A stretch of 64,000 bases of DNA from Candidatus Sysuimicrobiota bacterium (GTDB lineage: Bacteria > Sysuimicrobiota > Sysuimicrobiia > Sysuimicrobiales > Sysuimicrobiaceae): contig PSLI01000002.1 in assembly GCA_040289515.1 (NCBI GenBank), positions 20,014 to 84,013 on the forward strand, given 5' to 3'. How positions within the stretch are numbered: the stretch's first letter is position 1; the number at the start of each line of letters is the position of its first letter. Shown piece after piece: positions 1 to 11,132 of this stretch. A model generated the notes under the pieces. It had not been told where the DNA came from. It did not search any database and saw only the letters and a list, made by a program, of their open reading frames with translations. Made by a program: the position numbers and the translations under genes.

Positions 1-587
1 GTGCGGGGCGCAAAGAGCGGACCCGCGCCCGCATTCTGGAAGCTGCGCGTCGGGTGTTTGCCCGGTCCGGCTACCACGGCACCCTAATGGACCAGGTGGC
101 CCAGGAAGCCGGCCTCTCCAAGGGCGCGCTGTACGTGCACTTCCCCAGCAAGGAGGAGCTGTTCCTGGCCCTGCTGGACGCCGCCGCCGCCACCTTGGTG
201 GACCGGCTCACCCAGGCCATCGCGGCAAGCCGTGGCGGCAGGGCGAAGGTGGCCGCCGCGCTGGAAGCGGCGGTGGTGGCCTTCGAGGAGAACGAGGATT
301 TGACCCGGCTGTTTCTGGTGGAGTCGGTGGGCGCAAGCCCTCAGGTGGAGCAGCGGCGCTGGCAGCTGCGGGCGGCGCTGACGCAACTGGTGCGGGCGCA
401 CCTGGACGAGGCGGTGGCGGACGGCGACCTGCCCCCGCAGGACACGGAGCTCGCGGCGCTGGCCTGGATGGGCGCGGTCAGCGAGGTGGTGACCGCGTGG
501 CTAGCGGACCCAAGCTGGCCCCTGCGCCGGCGGGTCCCCGCGCTGACGGCGCTTCTGCTGCGGAGTGTGGGGTTCGCGGATGCCTGA
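1..587 (+). CDS. TetR/AcrR family transcriptional regulator (5' partial, frame 3)
   Basis: N-terminal HTH reads ERTRARILEAARRVFARSGYHGTLMDQVAQEAGLSKGALYVHFPSKEELF, which is the TetR signature. The ORF runs from the window edge to the stop at 585-587. Confidence 0.8.
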   Translation, partial: AGRKERTRARILEAARRVFARSGYHGTLMDQVAQEAGLSKGALYVHFPSKEELFLALLDAAAATLVDRLTQAIAASRGGRAKVAAALEAAVVAFEENEDLTRLFLVESVGASPQVEQRRWQLRAALTQLVRAHLDEAVADGDLPPQDTELAALAWMGAVSEVVTAWLADPSWPLRRRVPALTALLLRSVGFADA

Positions 588-1938
588 ACTCGGGTCGTAT
601 CCGGCCTCCGTGGCCCGGGGTTTCCAGGACCTGGCGCGCCGTGCTCGCGCGCTGGCCACTCGGTGGGGCCTGCCTGTGCTGGTGTGGGCCAGCGGGATGC
701 GGGAGCCTTCCCGGAGCGAGTGGGCCCTGCACGCGCGGGGCTGGGTGTGGCGCAAGCCGTCGGCGGGTGTTTCCGTGTGGGCGGCCGGATGCGCCTGGGA
801 GGTCCGGCTGCACGGGCCGGCACGCTTCTTGGATGCCGCCTCCGCCTGGGGCCGGCTCGCGGCCGGTGCGGTGGCCGAAGGGCCCGTGCGGCCGGTCGCC
901 TTCGCGGCTTTCGCCTTCCAGACGGGCAGCACCACAGGGCCGTGGAAGTCGTTCCCGGACGGGCTGCTGACAGTACCCCGGGTACTCCGGGTGCGGGTGG
1001 GCTGGCGCGAGTACCTGGCCTTGGGCTGCGTGGTGGGGCCCGAGGAAGACGGCGAGGTGGAGCACACGCTGCAAGTGGTGGACTCCGCCCGGGAGGCGCC
1101 TGCAGAACTGTCCGGGGAGGCTCGTTTGGTTCGCTGCGCTCCTGAGGAGGACCGCTGGGAGCAGGCGGTCAAGGAAGCGGAGGCGGCCTGCCGCGCAGGC
1201 CACCTGCACAAGGTGGTGGTGGCTCGCTGCGTGGAGGCCGCGGCTTGCGCGTCGGCGGACAGGGTATTGCACCACCTTTCCACCCGCTACCCCACCTGTA
1301 CCACGTTCGCCGTCTGCGTGCAGGGGGCGGTGTTCCTGGGCGCAACCCCCGAGACCCTCGTGCGGGTGCGAGGCGGCCACGTGCGGACGCAGGCCCTGGC
1401 GGGCACCGCACCGCGTGGGCGCGGGGCCGAACAGGACGAGGCCTTCCGGTACCGCCTGCGGTCTAGCCCCAAGGAGGCGCGGGAGCACCACCTGGTCCTC
1501 ACGCACCTGCAGCAGGTCCTGCGCCCTTTGTGTACCACCTTGCGTACGGGCCACCAGACGGTGGTCCGCTTGGCCAACGTGCAGCATCTGCGGACGACCC
1601 TCACTGGACAGCTCCGGGAGCCCCGCGCCCTCCTGGAGCTGGCAGGGCACCTGCACCCCACCCCGGCCACGGCAGGTATGCCCGTGCAGGCGGCTCTGGA
1701 CTGGATCCGTGCCCGCGAGCCGGTGGCCCGGGGCTGGTATGCGGGTGCTGTGGGCTGGGTGGACCCCGCAGGCGGCGAGTTGGCGGTGGCCCTCCGCTGC
1801 GCACTGCTGCGGGACGGGCGGGCTTGGGCGTTTGCGGGCTGTGGGATCGTGGCGGGTTCGGACCCGCAGCGGGAGTGGGAGGAGTCGCAGCTAAAGCTGC
1901 GGCCGGTGATGGAGGCCCTGGGGATGGCCTGGCCGTGA
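565..1938 (+). CDS. menF: isochorismate synthase (menaquinone-specific)
   Basis: Chorismate-binding C-terminal motifs are present (GTAPRG, PTPATAGMP, WYAGAVGWVD, FAGCGIV). Alternative ATG start at 580. The stop overlaps the menD GTG. Confidence 0.85.
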   Translation: MWGSRMPELGSYPASVARGFQDLARRARALATRWGLPVLVWASGMREPSRSEWALHARGWVWRKPSAGVSVWAAGCAWEVRLHGPARFLDAASAWGRLAAGAVAEGPVRPVAFAAFAFQTGSTTGPWKSFPDGLLTVPRVLRVRVGWREYLALGCVVGPEEDGEVEHTLQVVDSAREAPAELSGEARLVRCAPEEDRWEQAVKEAEAACRAGHLHKVVVARCVEAAACASADRVLHHLSTRYPTCTTFAVCVQGAVFLGATPETLVRVRGGHVRTQALAGTAPRGRGAEQDEAFRYRLRSSPKEAREHHLVLTHLQQVLRPLCTTLRTGHQTVVRLANVQHLRTTLTGQLREPRALLELAGHLHPTPATAGMPVQAALDWIRAREPVARGWYAGAVGWVDPAGGELAVALRCALLRDGRAWAFAGCGIVAGSDPQREWEESQLKLRPVMEALGMAWP

Positions 1939-3704
1939 GGGAGCCCGAGAACGCCACGTATGCCTTCTGCGCGGCCCTGATGGACGAGCTGTGGCGGTGC
2001 GGGGTGCAGGAGGTGTGCCTGTGCCCGGGCTCCCGCTCCGCTCCCCTTGCCCTCAGCGCCCTGCGCCACGCCGGCCTGCGCACGTGGACGTTGCTGGACG
2101 AACGTAGCGCCGGCTACTTCGCCACGGGCATGGCGCGGGCCTCCGGGCGTCCCGTGGCGATGCTGACCACCTCGGGCACCGCGGCCGCGAACCTGATGCC
2201 CGCGGTGGTGGAGGCGTACTACGCGGGGGTGCCCCTCGTGGTGCTGACCGCGGACCGCCCCCCCGAGCGGCGCGATTTCGGGGCGTTGCAGACCATCAAC
2301 CAAGTGCGGCTTTTCGGCAGGCACGTAAAGTGGTGCGCGGATCTTCCCCTGCCGGAAGCGGACGAGGCCGCCCTCCGGTTCGCACGCAGCCTCGCCTGCC
2401 GGGCGGTGTTCGAAGCGTGCGCACCCCCGCGCGGGCCGGTGCACCTGAACGTCCCCCTGCGGGAGCCGCTGGTGCCGGTGCACCAGGCGCGGCCCCGGGT
2501 TTGTCCGGAGGCCGAGCAGGGCCGACCTTCGGCCCCGTACACAGCATGGACGGTGGCAGACCCACAGCCCGCGCCACAGCAGCTGGACGAGCTCCTGGGA
2601 CACCTGCGGGAAGCCGACCGGGGCGTGGTGGTGTGCGGACCCCTGGACCGGCCGGACTTCCCGGAAGCGGTCTGTGGGCTGGCCCGTGTTCTGTCGTACC
2701 CCATCCTAGCGGACGCCCTGTCGCAGGTGCGGGCCGGAGCGCACGACCGTTCGGCGGTGGTGTCGGCGCACGAAGCGCTCCTGCGGGTTGGGTGGGTGGC
2801 CTCGGAGCTGAGGCCCGAGGTGGTGCTGCGGTTCGGCGCTACCCCCACGTCCCGCACGCTGCAGGCGTACCTGGCCTCGCACCCGGAGGCCTTCCAGGTG
2901 GTGGTCCACGGGGGTGGGGATTGGCCAGACCCGGACCACACCGCCCACCAGGTGGTCTGGGCGGACCCTGTGGCCTTCTGTCGGTGGGTGCGTTCCGTGC
3001 TAGCACCCCGCGCGCACACGGCCTGGTGGCGGAGTTGGCAACGCCTGGGAGCTGCCGCCGCGGCCGCGCTGGAGCGCTTTCTGGAGTCTGTGGAGGAACC
3101 CTTCGAGGGCCGCGTGTTCTGGGAGCTGGCGCAGCTGCTGCCCGACCCCTGCGTGCTGTTCGTGGGCAACAGCATGCCCGTGCGGGACCTGGACGCCTTC
3201 TTCCCGTGCAGCGGGCGGCGGGTGCGGATGCTGGCGAACCGGGGCGCGAGCGGCATCGACGGGGTCCCCAGTACCGCCCTGGGCGTGGCCGCATCCAGCC
3301 GGGAACCTGTGGTGCTGGTGGTGGGAGACGTCTCCTTCTACCACGACCTCAACGGCCTGCTGGCGGCGTGGCGGTTTGGCCTGGACCTGCTGGTGATCCT
3401 CCTGCACAACGACGGCGGAGGGATCTTCTCCTTCCTGCCGCAGGCGGAGTACCCCGAGGGGTTCGAGGAGCTGTTCGGTACACCCCACGGGCTGGACTTT
3501 CGGCCGGCGGTGGAGATGTTCGGCGGACATTACCGCCGGGTGAAGGACTGGCCCGAGTTCCGCCAGGCCGTGCGGGAAGGGTTGCAGCAGGGCGGCCTGC
3601 GGGTGGTGGAAGTCCGCACCGACCGGCGCCGCAACGTGGAGCTGCACCGACAGGCCTGGCAGGCGGTTCGCGAAGCGGCCGAACAAGCTTGCGAGGGGAG
3701 GTGA
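1935..3704 (+). CDS. menD: 2-succinyl-5-enolpyruvyl-6-hydroxy-3-cyclohexene-1-carboxylate synthase (ThDP-dependent)
   Basis: N-terminus reads [21 protein letters not shown]...[33 protein letters not shown], as in MenD. The GTG start overlaps the menF stop (GTGA). The long upstream extension of the track ORF (from 1530) is rejected. Confidence 0.9.
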   Translation: MREPENATYAFCAALMDELWRCGVQEVCLCPGSRSAPLALSALRHAGLRTWTLLDERSAGYFATGMARASGRPVAMLTTSGTAAANLMPAVVEAYYAGVPLVVLTADRPPERRDFGALQTINQVRLFGRHVKWCADLPLPEADEAALRFARSLACRAVFEACAPPRGPVHLNVPLREPLVPVHQARPRVCPEAEQGRPSAPYTAWTVADPQPAPQQLDELLGHLREADRGVVVCGPLDRPDFPEAVCGLARVLSYPILADALSQVRAGAHDRSAVVSAHEALLRVGWVASELRPEVVLRFGATPTSRTLQAYLASHPEAFQVVVHGGGDWPDPDHTAHQVVWADPVAFCRWVRSVLAPRAHTAWWRSWQRLGAAAAAALERFLESVEEPFEGRVFWELAQLLPDPCVLFVGNSMPVRDLDAFFPCSGRRVRMLANRGASGIDGVPSTALGVAASSREPVVLVVGDVSFYHDLNGLLAAWRFGLDLLVILLHNDGGGIFSFLPQAEYPEGFEELFGTPHGLDFRPAVEMFGGHYRRVKDWPEFRQAVREGLQQGGLRVVEVRTDRRRNVELHRQAWQAVREAAEQACEGR

Positions 3705-3708
3705 CAGC

Positions 3709-4539
3709 ATGCACATCGTGTGGCGCCGCGTGGGGGACTACACGGACATCCTGTACGAGCACGGGGCGGAGGACGCGGCGGGCATCGCCAAGATCACCAT
3801 CAACCGGCCGGAGGTGCGTAACGCTTTCCGGCCTGAGACGGTCATGGAGATGATCGACGCCTTCAGCCACGCCCGGGACGACGCCTCCATCGGGGTGGTG
3901 CTGCTCACCGGGGCAGGCGGAGAGGCCTTCTGCTCGGGCGGAGACCAGCGGGTGCGGGGGCACGGAGGCTACGTGGGGCAGGATCGCATCCCGCGGCTCA
4001 ATGTGCTGGACCTCCAGCGGCTCATCCGGGTGATCCCCAAGCCCGTCATCGCCTTGGTGGCGGGCTACGCCATCGGCGGCGGGAACGTGCTGGCGACCGT
4101 GTGCGACCTCACCCTCGCGGCGGAGAACGCCATCTTCGGCCAGACAGGCCCCCGCGTCGGCAGCTTCGACGCGGGGTACGGGTCCACGTACCTCGCCCGC
4201 ATCGTGGGGCACAAGAAGGCCCGGGAGATCTGGTACTTGTGCCGGCAGTACACGGCCCAGCAGGCCCTGGAGATGGGGCTGGTGAACGCGGTGGTCCCCC
4301 TGGAGCGGCTGGAGGAGGAGGGCGTGCGCTGGGCCCGGGAGATCCTGGAGAAAAGCCCCCTGGCCATCCGGCTGCTGAAGGCGGCCTTCAACGCGGACAC
4401 GGACGGGCTGGCGGGGCTCCAGCAGCTGGGAGGGGATGCCACCCTGCTGTACTACCTCACGGACGAGGCGAAGGAGGGCCGGGATGCGTTCTTGGAGAAG
4501 CGCAAGCCCGACTTCTCCAAGTTCCCCCGCTTCCCATAA
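3709..4539 (+). CDS. menB: 1,4-dihydroxy-2-naphthoyl-CoA synthase (crotonase fold)
   Basis: Near-canonical MenB sequence ([37 protein letters not shown]). GGAGG RBS is present. Confidence 0.95.
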   Translation: MHIVWRRVGDYTDILYEHGAEDAAGIAKITINRPEVRNAFRPETVMEMIDAFSHARDDASIGVVLLTGAGGEAFCSGGDQRVRGHGGYVGQDRIPRLNVLDLQRLIRVIPKPVIALVAGYAIGGGNVLATVCDLTLAAENAIFGQTGPRVGSFDAGYGSTYLARIVGHKKAREIWYLCRQYTAQQALEMGLVNAVVPLERLEEEGVRWAREILEKSPLAIRLLKAAFNADTDGLAGLQQLGGDATLLYYLTDEAKEGRDAFLEKRKPDFSKFPRFP

Positions 4540-4558
4540 GGCGCCGAGCGGGTGGCGG

Positions 4559-5413
4559 GTGTGGTGGCTGGCTGCCCGGCCCGCCACCCTGCCCGCGGCC
4601 GTGAGCCCCGTGGTAGTGGGAAGCGCCACCGCGGCCAGCTCGGGCAGCTTTCACCCGCAGGCGGCATTTGCCTCCCTCCTGGTGGCCCTGCTGGTGCAGG
4701 TGGGGACCAACCTGGCCAACGACGCCCACGACTACCTGCACGGTGTGGACCGCCTCTCTCGCAAGGGCCCCCTGCGGGTGACCGCCACAGGGCTGCTGGC
4801 ACCCCAACAGGTGCTGCGGGGTGCGGCTGTGGCCTTCGCCGGAGCCTGCTTGGCGGGGCTCTACCTGGTCTGGCTAAGAGGCTGGCTGCTGGGGCTGGTG
4901 GGGCTCAGCTGCATAGCTGCGGGCCTCGCGTACACCGCCGGTCCCCGGTTCGGGTATCGCGGTCTCGGGGACGTGTTCGTCTTCGTGTTCTTTGGGCTGG
5001 TGGCGGTGGTGGGTACCGACTACGTGCAGACCGGCTCGCTGCGTTCCCAGGCGGTGTGGGCGGCCGTGCCCGTGGGGTGTACGTGCACCTCCATCCTGGT
5101 CGTTAACAACCTGCGGGACATCCCCACGGACCGGGCCGCCGGCAAGCGCACGCTAGCGGTGCGGTTGGGCCCCTTGGGCACCCGCATGGAGTACACCCTG
5201 TGTTGGGTGGTGGCCTTGGTGTGGCCCTTGCTGTCGCGGCCGTACCTAGCTCAGGCCTTCTGGCTGCCGTGGCTGGTGGCCCCGCTGGTCGCCCACGTGG
5301 TCACACAGATATGGAGCACGGGCGAGGCAGCCGCCCTGAACCGCGCCCTGCGTGACACCGCGCGGCTGCACCTCGCCTACGGCCTGCTCCTGGCCGGTGC
5401 ACACCTGGCATGA
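4559..5413 (+). CDS. menA: 1,4-dihydroxy-2-naphthoate polyprenyltransferase (UbiA family)
   Basis: Polytopic membrane protein with UbiA motifs (NLANDAHDY, NNLRDIPTDRAAGKRTLAV). GTG start chosen just after the menB stop. A longer ATG start at 4484 would overlap menB. Confidence 0.85.
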   Translation: MWWLAARPATLPAAVSPVVVGSATAASSGSFHPQAAFASLLVALLVQVGTNLANDAHDYLHGVDRLSRKGPLRVTATGLLAPQQVLRGAAVAFAGACLAGLYLVWLRGWLLGLVGLSCIAAGLAYTAGPRFGYRGLGDVFVFVFFGLVAVVGTDYVQTGSLRSQAVWAAVPVGCTCTSILVVNNLRDIPTDRAAGKRTLAVRLGPLGTRMEYTLCWVVALVWPLLSRPYLAQAFWLPWLVAPLVAHVVTQIWSTGEAAALNRALRDTARLHLAYGLLLAGAHLA

Positions 5414-6894
5414 CGATCCCGGACCCCCTGGCATACTGGGCCCGGAGTGAGCCCCACCGGCCGGCCCTCCGCAACTTTCGGGAGGCGCTCACCTACGGGG
5501 AGCTGGAACGGCGGGTGCAGGCCGCCGCGCGGAGGCTCGCGGGCCTGGGGGTAAAACGGGGCGCGCGGGTGGCCCTGCTGCTGCGCAACGGGCTGCCCTT
5601 CGTGGTCGTGGTCCACGCCCTGGCCAGGCTCAAAGCCGTGTGCGTGCCCTTGAACGTGCGTCTCGCGCCGCCTGAGCTGCGCTGGCAGCTGGTGCACTGC
5701 GACCCGTATCTGGTGGTGGTGGACCCGCAGCTGGCGGACCGGGCTGAGCAGGCAGGGTGGAGTCGCACCGTGTGCGTAGATCCGGATCACCCGGAGCTTT
5801 TGCCGGAGGCGCGGCCGGAGCAGGTGCGCCCCACAGATCGTCACCCGGCGGGGGCGGTGCAGGGCATCCTGTACACCTCCGCCACCACGGGGCACCCCAA
5901 GGGCGCGCAGCTCACCTTCGGGAACCACTTCTGGAGCGCGCTGGCCAACAACCTGCACCTGGGCTGCGGCCCAGAGGGCACCTGGCTCGTCGTGCTGCCC
6001 CTGTACCACGTAGGGGGGCTGGCGGTGCTGTGGAGGGCGGCGCTCGCAGGGGCGCAGGTGGTGCTGCACGAGCAGTTCGACCCGGATGCTTTCCTGCGCG
6101 AGCTGGATGGTGGTGTGGCGTACACCTCTCTGGTGCCCACCCTGCTGGAGCGGATTCTGCAGGCACGGGCAGGCCGGCCGGCCCCGTCCACCCTGCGGGC
6201 GGTGCTGGTGGGAGGGGGGCCAGTGCGCGCCGAGCTGGTGGAGCGGGCCGCGCGGGCGGGCTGGCCCATCGCACCCACCTACGGCCTGACGGAGGCCACC
6301 TCGCAGGTAGCCACCCTCCACCCGAGCCTGGCCCTGCAACGGCCCGGCTGCGCGGGCCGTCCCCTCCTGGGAGTACAGGTACGCGCGGGTCGTTCTGCGG
6401 ACAACCCGGAGGAGATCCGGGTGCGCGGGCCCACGGTCATGAAGGGCTACTTTCGCAGGCCGGACGCCACCTCCCAGGCCCTGCGGGGCGGCTGGCTGCA
6501 CACGGGCGACGTGGGCTACCTGGACGAGGACGGCTTCCTGCACGTGGTGGACCGGCGGGAGGACCTCATCGTGACGGGAGGGGAGAACGTGTACCCCGCG
6601 GAGGTGGAGGCGGTGTTGAAGGCCCACCCTGGGGTGGAGGAGGCGGCCGTGGTGGGGGTGCCCGACCCGTACTGGGGTCAGCAGGTGGTGGCGTTTGTGC
6701 AGCTGAGGGCAAAAGGGGGGTTGGACCCACAGGACCTCGTGGCCTTCTGCCGGGAGCATCTGGCGGGCTTCAAGGTGCCCCGGAGGGTGTGGGTGGTGGA
6801 GGACCTTCCCCGCGCCGGCCTGGACAAGCTCCGCCGCGGGCAGCTTCGAGAGCGTGCGGCCCGGCTGCTGGCCGCCGAAACCATCTCCGGTTGA
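5410..6894 (+). CDS. menE: o-succinylbenzoate-CoA ligase (adenylate-forming)
   Basis: AMP-binding motifs are present (YTSATTGHPKGA, TYGLTE, GDVGYLDEDGFLHVVDRREDLIVTGGENVYP). ATGA overlap with menA. Confidence 0.85.
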   Translation: MTIPDPLAYWARSEPHRPALRNFREALTYGELERRVQAAARRLAGLGVKRGARVALLLRNGLPFVVVVHALARLKAVCVPLNVRLAPPELRWQLVHCDPYLVVVDPQLADRAEQAGWSRTVCVDPDHPELLPEARPEQVRPTDRHPAGAVQGILYTSATTGHPKGAQLTFGNHFWSALANNLHLGCGPEGTWLVVLPLYHVGGLAVLWRAALAGAQVVLHEQFDPDAFLRELDGGVAYTSLVPTLLERILQARAGRPAPSTLRAVLVGGGPVRAELVERAARAGWPIAPTYGLTEATSQVATLHPSLALQRPGCAGRPLLGVQVRAGRSADNPEEIRVRGPTVMKGYFRRPDATSQALRGGWLHTGDVGYLDEDGFLHVVDRREDLIVTGGENVYPAEVEAVLKAHPGVEEAAVVGVPDPYWGQQVVAFVQLRAKGGLDPQDLVAFCREHLAGFKVPRRVWVVEDLPRAGLDKLRRGQLRERAARLLAAETISG

Positions 6895-6945
6895 CCGTGG
6901 TAAACTGACCCCGTACCTCCTGCCGAAAACTTCCCGAAAGGAGCG

Positions 6946-7395
6946 TTGCCCATGCCGGAGATCACGAGGACCGCTAGCGCCACGTGGACGGGAGACCTGC
7001 GCACGGGGACCGGGTGGGTGAGCACCCCCAGCGGGGTGCTGCGCGAGACCCTGGTCACCTTCCCCTCCCGGTTTGAGTCCGCACCGGGCAGCAACCCCGA
7101 GGAGCTCATCGCGGCTGCCCACGCGACCTGCTTCAGCATGGCCCTTGCCGGCCGCCTCTCCCGGGAGGGGAACCCGCCGGAGCGCATCGAGACCCGCGCC
7201 ACCCTCACCCTCCAGATGGGCGAGGCGGGGGCCCGCATAACGCGGATCCACCTGCAGACGCAGGCCAGGGTACCGGGGATCGACGAGGCGAAGTTCCTGG
7301 AGCTGGCCGAGGCTGCCAAGGACGGCTGTCCGGTCTCCCAGCTGCTGAAGCCTGGGCTGGAGGCTCTTACGCTGGAAGCGCGCCTGCTGCCTTAG
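6946..7395 (+). CDS. OsmC/Ohr family peroxiredoxin
   Basis: 149 aa with typical OsmC sequence (AAAHATCFSMALAGRL...DGCPVSQLL). Confidence 0.85.
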   Translation: MPMPEITRTASATWTGDLRTGTGWVSTPSGVLRETLVTFPSRFESAPGSNPEELIAAAHATCFSMALAGRLSREGNPPERIETRATLTLQMGEAGARITRIHLQTQARVPGIDEAKFLELAEAAKDGCPVSQLLKPGLEALTLEARLLP

Positions 7396-7406
7396 ACAGT
7401 CGGCGT

Positions 7407-7435
7407 TTGACCGCTGCGGTGGGTAAGCGTACAAT
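7407..7435 (+). promoter_or_regulatory. sigma-A type promoter of the suf operon (TTGACC-17-TACAAT)
   Basis: -35 TTGACC at 7407-7412 and -10 TACAAT at 7430-7435, with a 17 nt spacer. Confidence 0.6.
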
Positions 7436-7443
7436 GGGGTTGG

Positions 7444-7466
7444 TTGTTGAGTGAATCAGTCAACAA
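7444..7466. promoter_or_regulatory. palindromic operator TTGTTGA-N9-TCAACAA overlapping the suf transcription start
   Basis: Near-perfect 7 bp inverted repeat just downstream of the -10 box. This is candidate SufR/Rrf2-type repressor site. Confidence 0.5.
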
Positions 7467-7493
7467 TTTAGGCCGTCCGAAACCGGAGGGACT

Positions 7494-8342
7494 ATGCACG
7501 ACCGCACGCCGGACCTGCTGATCCGCAACCTGCGGGCCAAGGTGGAGGAGCTGGACCGGGAGATCCTTAAGGGGGTTAACCTGGAGGTCCGCAAGGGGGA
7601 AATCCACGCCATCATGGGGCCCAACGGCTCCGGGAAGTCCACCCTGGCCAACGTGCTCATGGGCAACCCCTTCTACGTGATCACGGGCGGCGAGGTGCTG
7701 TACAAGGGCCGGGATCTGTTGGCGATGAGCCCCGACGAGCGGGCCCGGGAGGGGTTGTTTATCGCCTTCCAGTACCCCGTGGCCATCCCCGGGGTCAACT
7801 TCGCCTCCTTCCTCCGCACGGCCCTGTCGGCCCGGCGCGGCTACCAGAACGAGCTCATCCCCGTGCCGGAGTTCCAGCGGATCCTGCGGGAGAAGCTGGA
7901 CCTGTTGAAGCTGGACCCCAGCATCGTGACCCGCTACGTGAACGAGGGGTTCAGCGGCGGCGAGAAGAAGCGGGCGGAGATTCTCCAGATGGCGGTCCTG
8001 GAGCCGGAGATGGCCATCCTGGACGAGACGGACTCGGGCTTGGACATCGACGCGGTGAGGGTGGTGGCGGAGAACGTGAACCGGCTGTTCGAGCAGGCCG
8101 CAGGGAATTTGGGGATCGTACTCATCACCCACTACTCCCGCATCCTGCACTACATCCGCCCCCACCACGTGCACGTGATGCTGGACGGCCGCATCGTCAT
8201 CTCCGGTGGGCCGGAGCTGGCGGATGAACTGGAGCAGACGGGCTACGAGGGGCTGCAGGCCCAGTTCGCGGAAGTGGCCGCGGCCACGCCGGGGGACCAG
8301 CCGGTGCGGCGCGCGGGCAAGGTGTTCTGGGTGGCACACTGA
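7494..8342 (+). CDS. sufC: Fe-S cluster assembly ATPase SufC
   Basis: Walker [13 protein letters not shown] signature FSGGEKKR, and D-loop [19 protein letters not shown]. Confidence 0.95.
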   Translation: MHDRTPDLLIRNLRAKVEELDREILKGVNLEVRKGEIHAIMGPNGSGKSTLANVLMGNPFYVITGGEVLYKGRDLLAMSPDERAREGLFIAFQYPVAIPGVNFASFLRTALSARRGYQNELIPVPEFQRILREKLDLLKLDPSIVTRYVNEGFSGGEKKRAEILQMAVLEPEMAILDETDSGLDIDAVRVVAENVNRLFEQAAGNLGIVLITHYSRILHYIRPHHVHVMLDGRIVISGGPELADELEQTGYEGLQAQFAEVAAATPGDQPVRRAGKVFWVAH

Positions 8343-8353
8343 GGAGGTGGACC

Positions 8354-9757
8354 ATGGCCACGAACCCCCTGGGCATCGACCTGGACGCGTACCAGTGGGG
8401 CTTCCGGATGCCCGAACACTACGTGTTCAAGTCCCGGAAGGGCTTGAGCCGGGAGGTGGTGGAGGAGATCTCGTACCTGAAGGGCGAGCCGGATTGGATG
8501 CGGGCCTTCCGGCTGCACAGCCTGGAGGTGTTCTGGAAGAAGCCCATGCCCACCTGGGGTCCGGGCCTGTCCGATCTGGACTTCGATGACATTTACTACT
8601 ACATCAAGCCCACGGAGCGCCAGGTCCGCAGCTGGGACGAGCTGCCCCAGGAGATCAAGGAGACCTACGAGCGGCTGGGGATCCCGGAGGCGGAGCGGAA
8701 GTTCCTGGCGGGGGTAGGGGCCCAGTACGAGTCCGAGGTGGTCTACCACAGCCTGAAGGAGGAGTGGGAGAAGCTGGGGGTCATCTTCGTGGACACCGAC
8801 ACCGCGGTCCGGCAATACCCGGATTTGGTCCGGGAGTACTTCGGCACCGTGGTGCCCCCCGAGGACAATAAGTTCGCAGCCCTCAACTCCGCCGTGTGGT
8901 CCGGCGGCTCCTTCATCTACGTGCCCGCGGGGGTCCAGGTGGAGGTTCCCCTGCAGGCGTACTTCCGCATCAACGCGGAGAACGTGGGGCAGTTCGAGCG
9001 GACCCTCATCATCGTGGAGCCGGGTGGCTACGTGCACTACGTGGAGGGCTGCACCGCGCCCATCTACACCACCGACTCCCTGCACAGCGCGGTGGTGGAG
9101 ATCATCGTGAAGGAGGGCGCCCGCTGCCGGTACACCACCATCCAGAACTGGTCCAAGAACGTGTACAACCTGGTCACCAAGCGCGCCGTGGCCTACCAGG
9201 ACGCCACCATGGAGTGGATCGACGGGAATCTCGGCTCCAAGATCACGATGAAGTACCCGTCCGTGTACCTGGTGGAGCCTGGGGCCAAGGCGGAAATCCT
9301 GTCCGTGGCCTTCGCGGGCGCGGGCCAGCACCAGGACCCCGGCGGCAAGGTGATCCACGCCGCCCCCTACACCCAGTCCTCCATCGTGAGCAAGTCCATC
9401 AGCAAGGACGGAGGTCGCGCGGGCTACCGGGGGCTGGTGAAGGTGTACAAGGGCGCCAAGGGGAGCAAGTGCGCGGTCCGGTGCGACGCCCTGATCCTGG
9501 ATGACCGGTCGCGCTCCGACACCTACCCCACCATGGAGATCGACGAGGAGGACGTGCAGATCACCCACGAGGCCACGGTGTCCAAGGTGAGCGACGAGCA
9601 GCTGTTTTACCTCATGAGCCGCGGCATCCGGGAGGACGAGGCGATGAACATGATCGTGCGGGGCTTCATCGAGCCCATCGCCAAGGAGCTACCCCTGGAG
9701 TACGCGGTGGAGCTGAACCGGCTCATCGCCCTGGAGATGGAAGGCTCCGTGGGCTAG
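8354..9757 (+). CDS. sufB: Fe-S cluster assembly scaffold SufB
   Basis: 467 aa with highly conserved SufB sequence throughout. Confidence 0.95.
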   Translation: MATNPLGIDLDAYQWGFRMPEHYVFKSRKGLSREVVEEISYLKGEPDWMRAFRLHSLEVFWKKPMPTWGPGLSDLDFDDIYYYIKPTERQVRSWDELPQEIKETYERLGIPEAERKFLAGVGAQYESEVVYHSLKEEWEKLGVIFVDTDTAVRQYPDLVREYFGTVVPPEDNKFAALNSAVWSGGSFIYVPAGVQVEVPLQAYFRINAENVGQFERTLIIVEPGGYVHYVEGCTAPIYTTDSLHSAVVEIIVKEGARCRYTTIQNWSKNVYNLVTKRAVAYQDATMEWIDGNLGSKITMKYPSVYLVEPGAKAEILSVAFAGAGQHQDPGGKVIHAAPYTQSSIVSKSISKDGGRAGYRGLVKVYKGAKGSKCAVRCDALILDDRSRSDTYPTMEIDEEDVQITHEATVSKVSDEQLFYLMSRGIREDEAMNMIVRGFIEPIAKELPLEYAVELNRLIALEMEGSVG

Positions 9758-9782
9758 CCCGCCCAGCAGACGGGAGGACGCG

Positions 9783-11132
9783 GTGGTGGTACGGGAAGGC
9801 TTGAACGAGGCGGCTGTGCGCCGGCTGGCAGAGCTGTGGCAGGAGCCCGAGTGGCTTCAGGACCGGCGCTGGCAGGCTTGGGAGCTGTTTCGGTCCCTGC
9901 CCCTGCCGCCCAGTACCCACGAAGCGTGGCGGCGGACGCCTCCGGAGCGCCTCGCGTGGGACGGCCTCAGCCCCGTGCTGCAAGAGCAAGGCAGTGCGGA
10001 AGCCTGGCGGGCTGCGGAGGGCCTGCGAGGGGAGGAGCCGATCCTGGTGATGCACAACGGGGCCGCCGCAGGCTCCGCGGGCCTGGAAGCTCTGCACCGC
10101 GCGGGGGTGGTCTTCTGCGACCTGCGCACCGCGGTCCGGGAGCACGCGGACCTGGTGGAACCATACCTGTTCCGGGCGGGCCTGCGCGCGGAGGAGAGCG
10201 CCTTCACCGCCCAGCACGTGGCCTTCGCCACCGGGGGTGTTTTCCTGTACGTGCCTGAGGGGGTGGAGCTGGACCAGCCCCTGGTGGTCGCGGAGTGGGT
10301 GGACGGGGAGGCTCTGGTCGCCCCGCACACCCTGGTGGTGCTGCGGCCCCACAGCCGCGCTACCCTGGTGCAGCGGCGCACGGGTCGGGCGCGGGGCCTC
10401 GTGAACCTGGGCGCGGAGCTGGTGGTGGGCGAGGGCGCGCAGCTGCACTCCGTGCAGCTGCAGGACCTGCCCCAACCCGCGCGGGAGTTCGGTGTGGTGC
10501 GGACCCGGGTGGGCCGGGACGCCACGGCCCGCAGCCTGGTGGCTTCCTTCGGCGCGTCCGTGGAGAAGCTGTTCGTGGAGTCCCTGCTGGATGCCCCCGG
10601 GGGGTCTTCGGAGATGCTGGGTGTGTTCTTTGCGGACGACGCCCAGCACTACGACGTGCACACCCTGCAGGAGCACCAGGCGCCGCACACCGCCAGCGAC
10701 CTGCTGTACAAGGTGGCCCTGTTGGGGTCTGCGCGGTCGGTGTTCGCGGGGCTCATTCGGGTGCACCAGGGAGCCCAGAAGACCAACGCGTTCCAGTCGA
10801 ACCGCAACCTGCTGCTGTCTGCGGATGCCCGTGCGGACAGCAAGCCGGAGCTGGAGATCATGGCCAACGACCTGCGGTGCACCCACGGATCCGCGGTCAG
10901 CCGGCTGGAAGAGCAGCACCTGTTTTACCTGCAGGCCCGGGGCCTCACGCGGCAGCAGGCGGTCCACATGATCGTGGAGGGGTTCTTCGGGGAGGTGCTG
11001 GACCGGCTGCCCGTGGAGCGGGTACGGCTGTGGCTGGAGCAGAAGGTGGCGGAGAAGATGGGATCGCAGGCGCCCCTGGGCCGGGTGACGGCCCTGCGGG
11101 GCCTGCTGGAGGAGGTGGCGCAGGGCCGGTGA
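9783..11132 (+). CDS. sufD: Fe-S cluster assembly protein SufD
   Basis: Paralog of SufB placed immediately downstream. C-terminal motif reads LFYLQARGL...IVEGF. Confidence 0.85.
   Translation: MVVREGLNEAAVRRLAELWQEPEWLQDRRWQAWELFRSLPLPPSTHEAWRRTPPERLAWDGLSPVLQEQGSAEAWRAAEGLRGEEPILVMHNGAAAGSAGLEALHRAGVVFCDLRTAVREHADLVEPYLFRAGLRAEESAFTAQHVAFATGGVFLYVPEGVELDQPLVVAEWVDGEALVAPHTLVVLRPHSRATLVQRRTGRARGLVNLGAELVVGEGAQLHSVQLQDLPQPAREFGVVRTRVGRDATARSLVASFGASVEKLFVESLLDAPGGSSEMLGVFFADDAQHYDVHTLQEHQAPHTASDLLYKVALLGSARSVFAGLIRVHQGAQKTNAFQSNRNLLLSADARADSKPELEIMANDLRCTHGSAVSRLEEQHLFYLQARGLTRQQAVHMIVEGFFGEVLDRLPVERVRLWLEQKVAEKMGSQAPLGRVTALRGLLEEVAQGR

Noticed and set aside
10295-11128. Long N-terminal extension of the Rieske ORF (track ORF 10295..11476).
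   Set aside because: It overlaps sufD out of frame. Only the last 115 codons carry the Rieske fold and a coupled GTG start.
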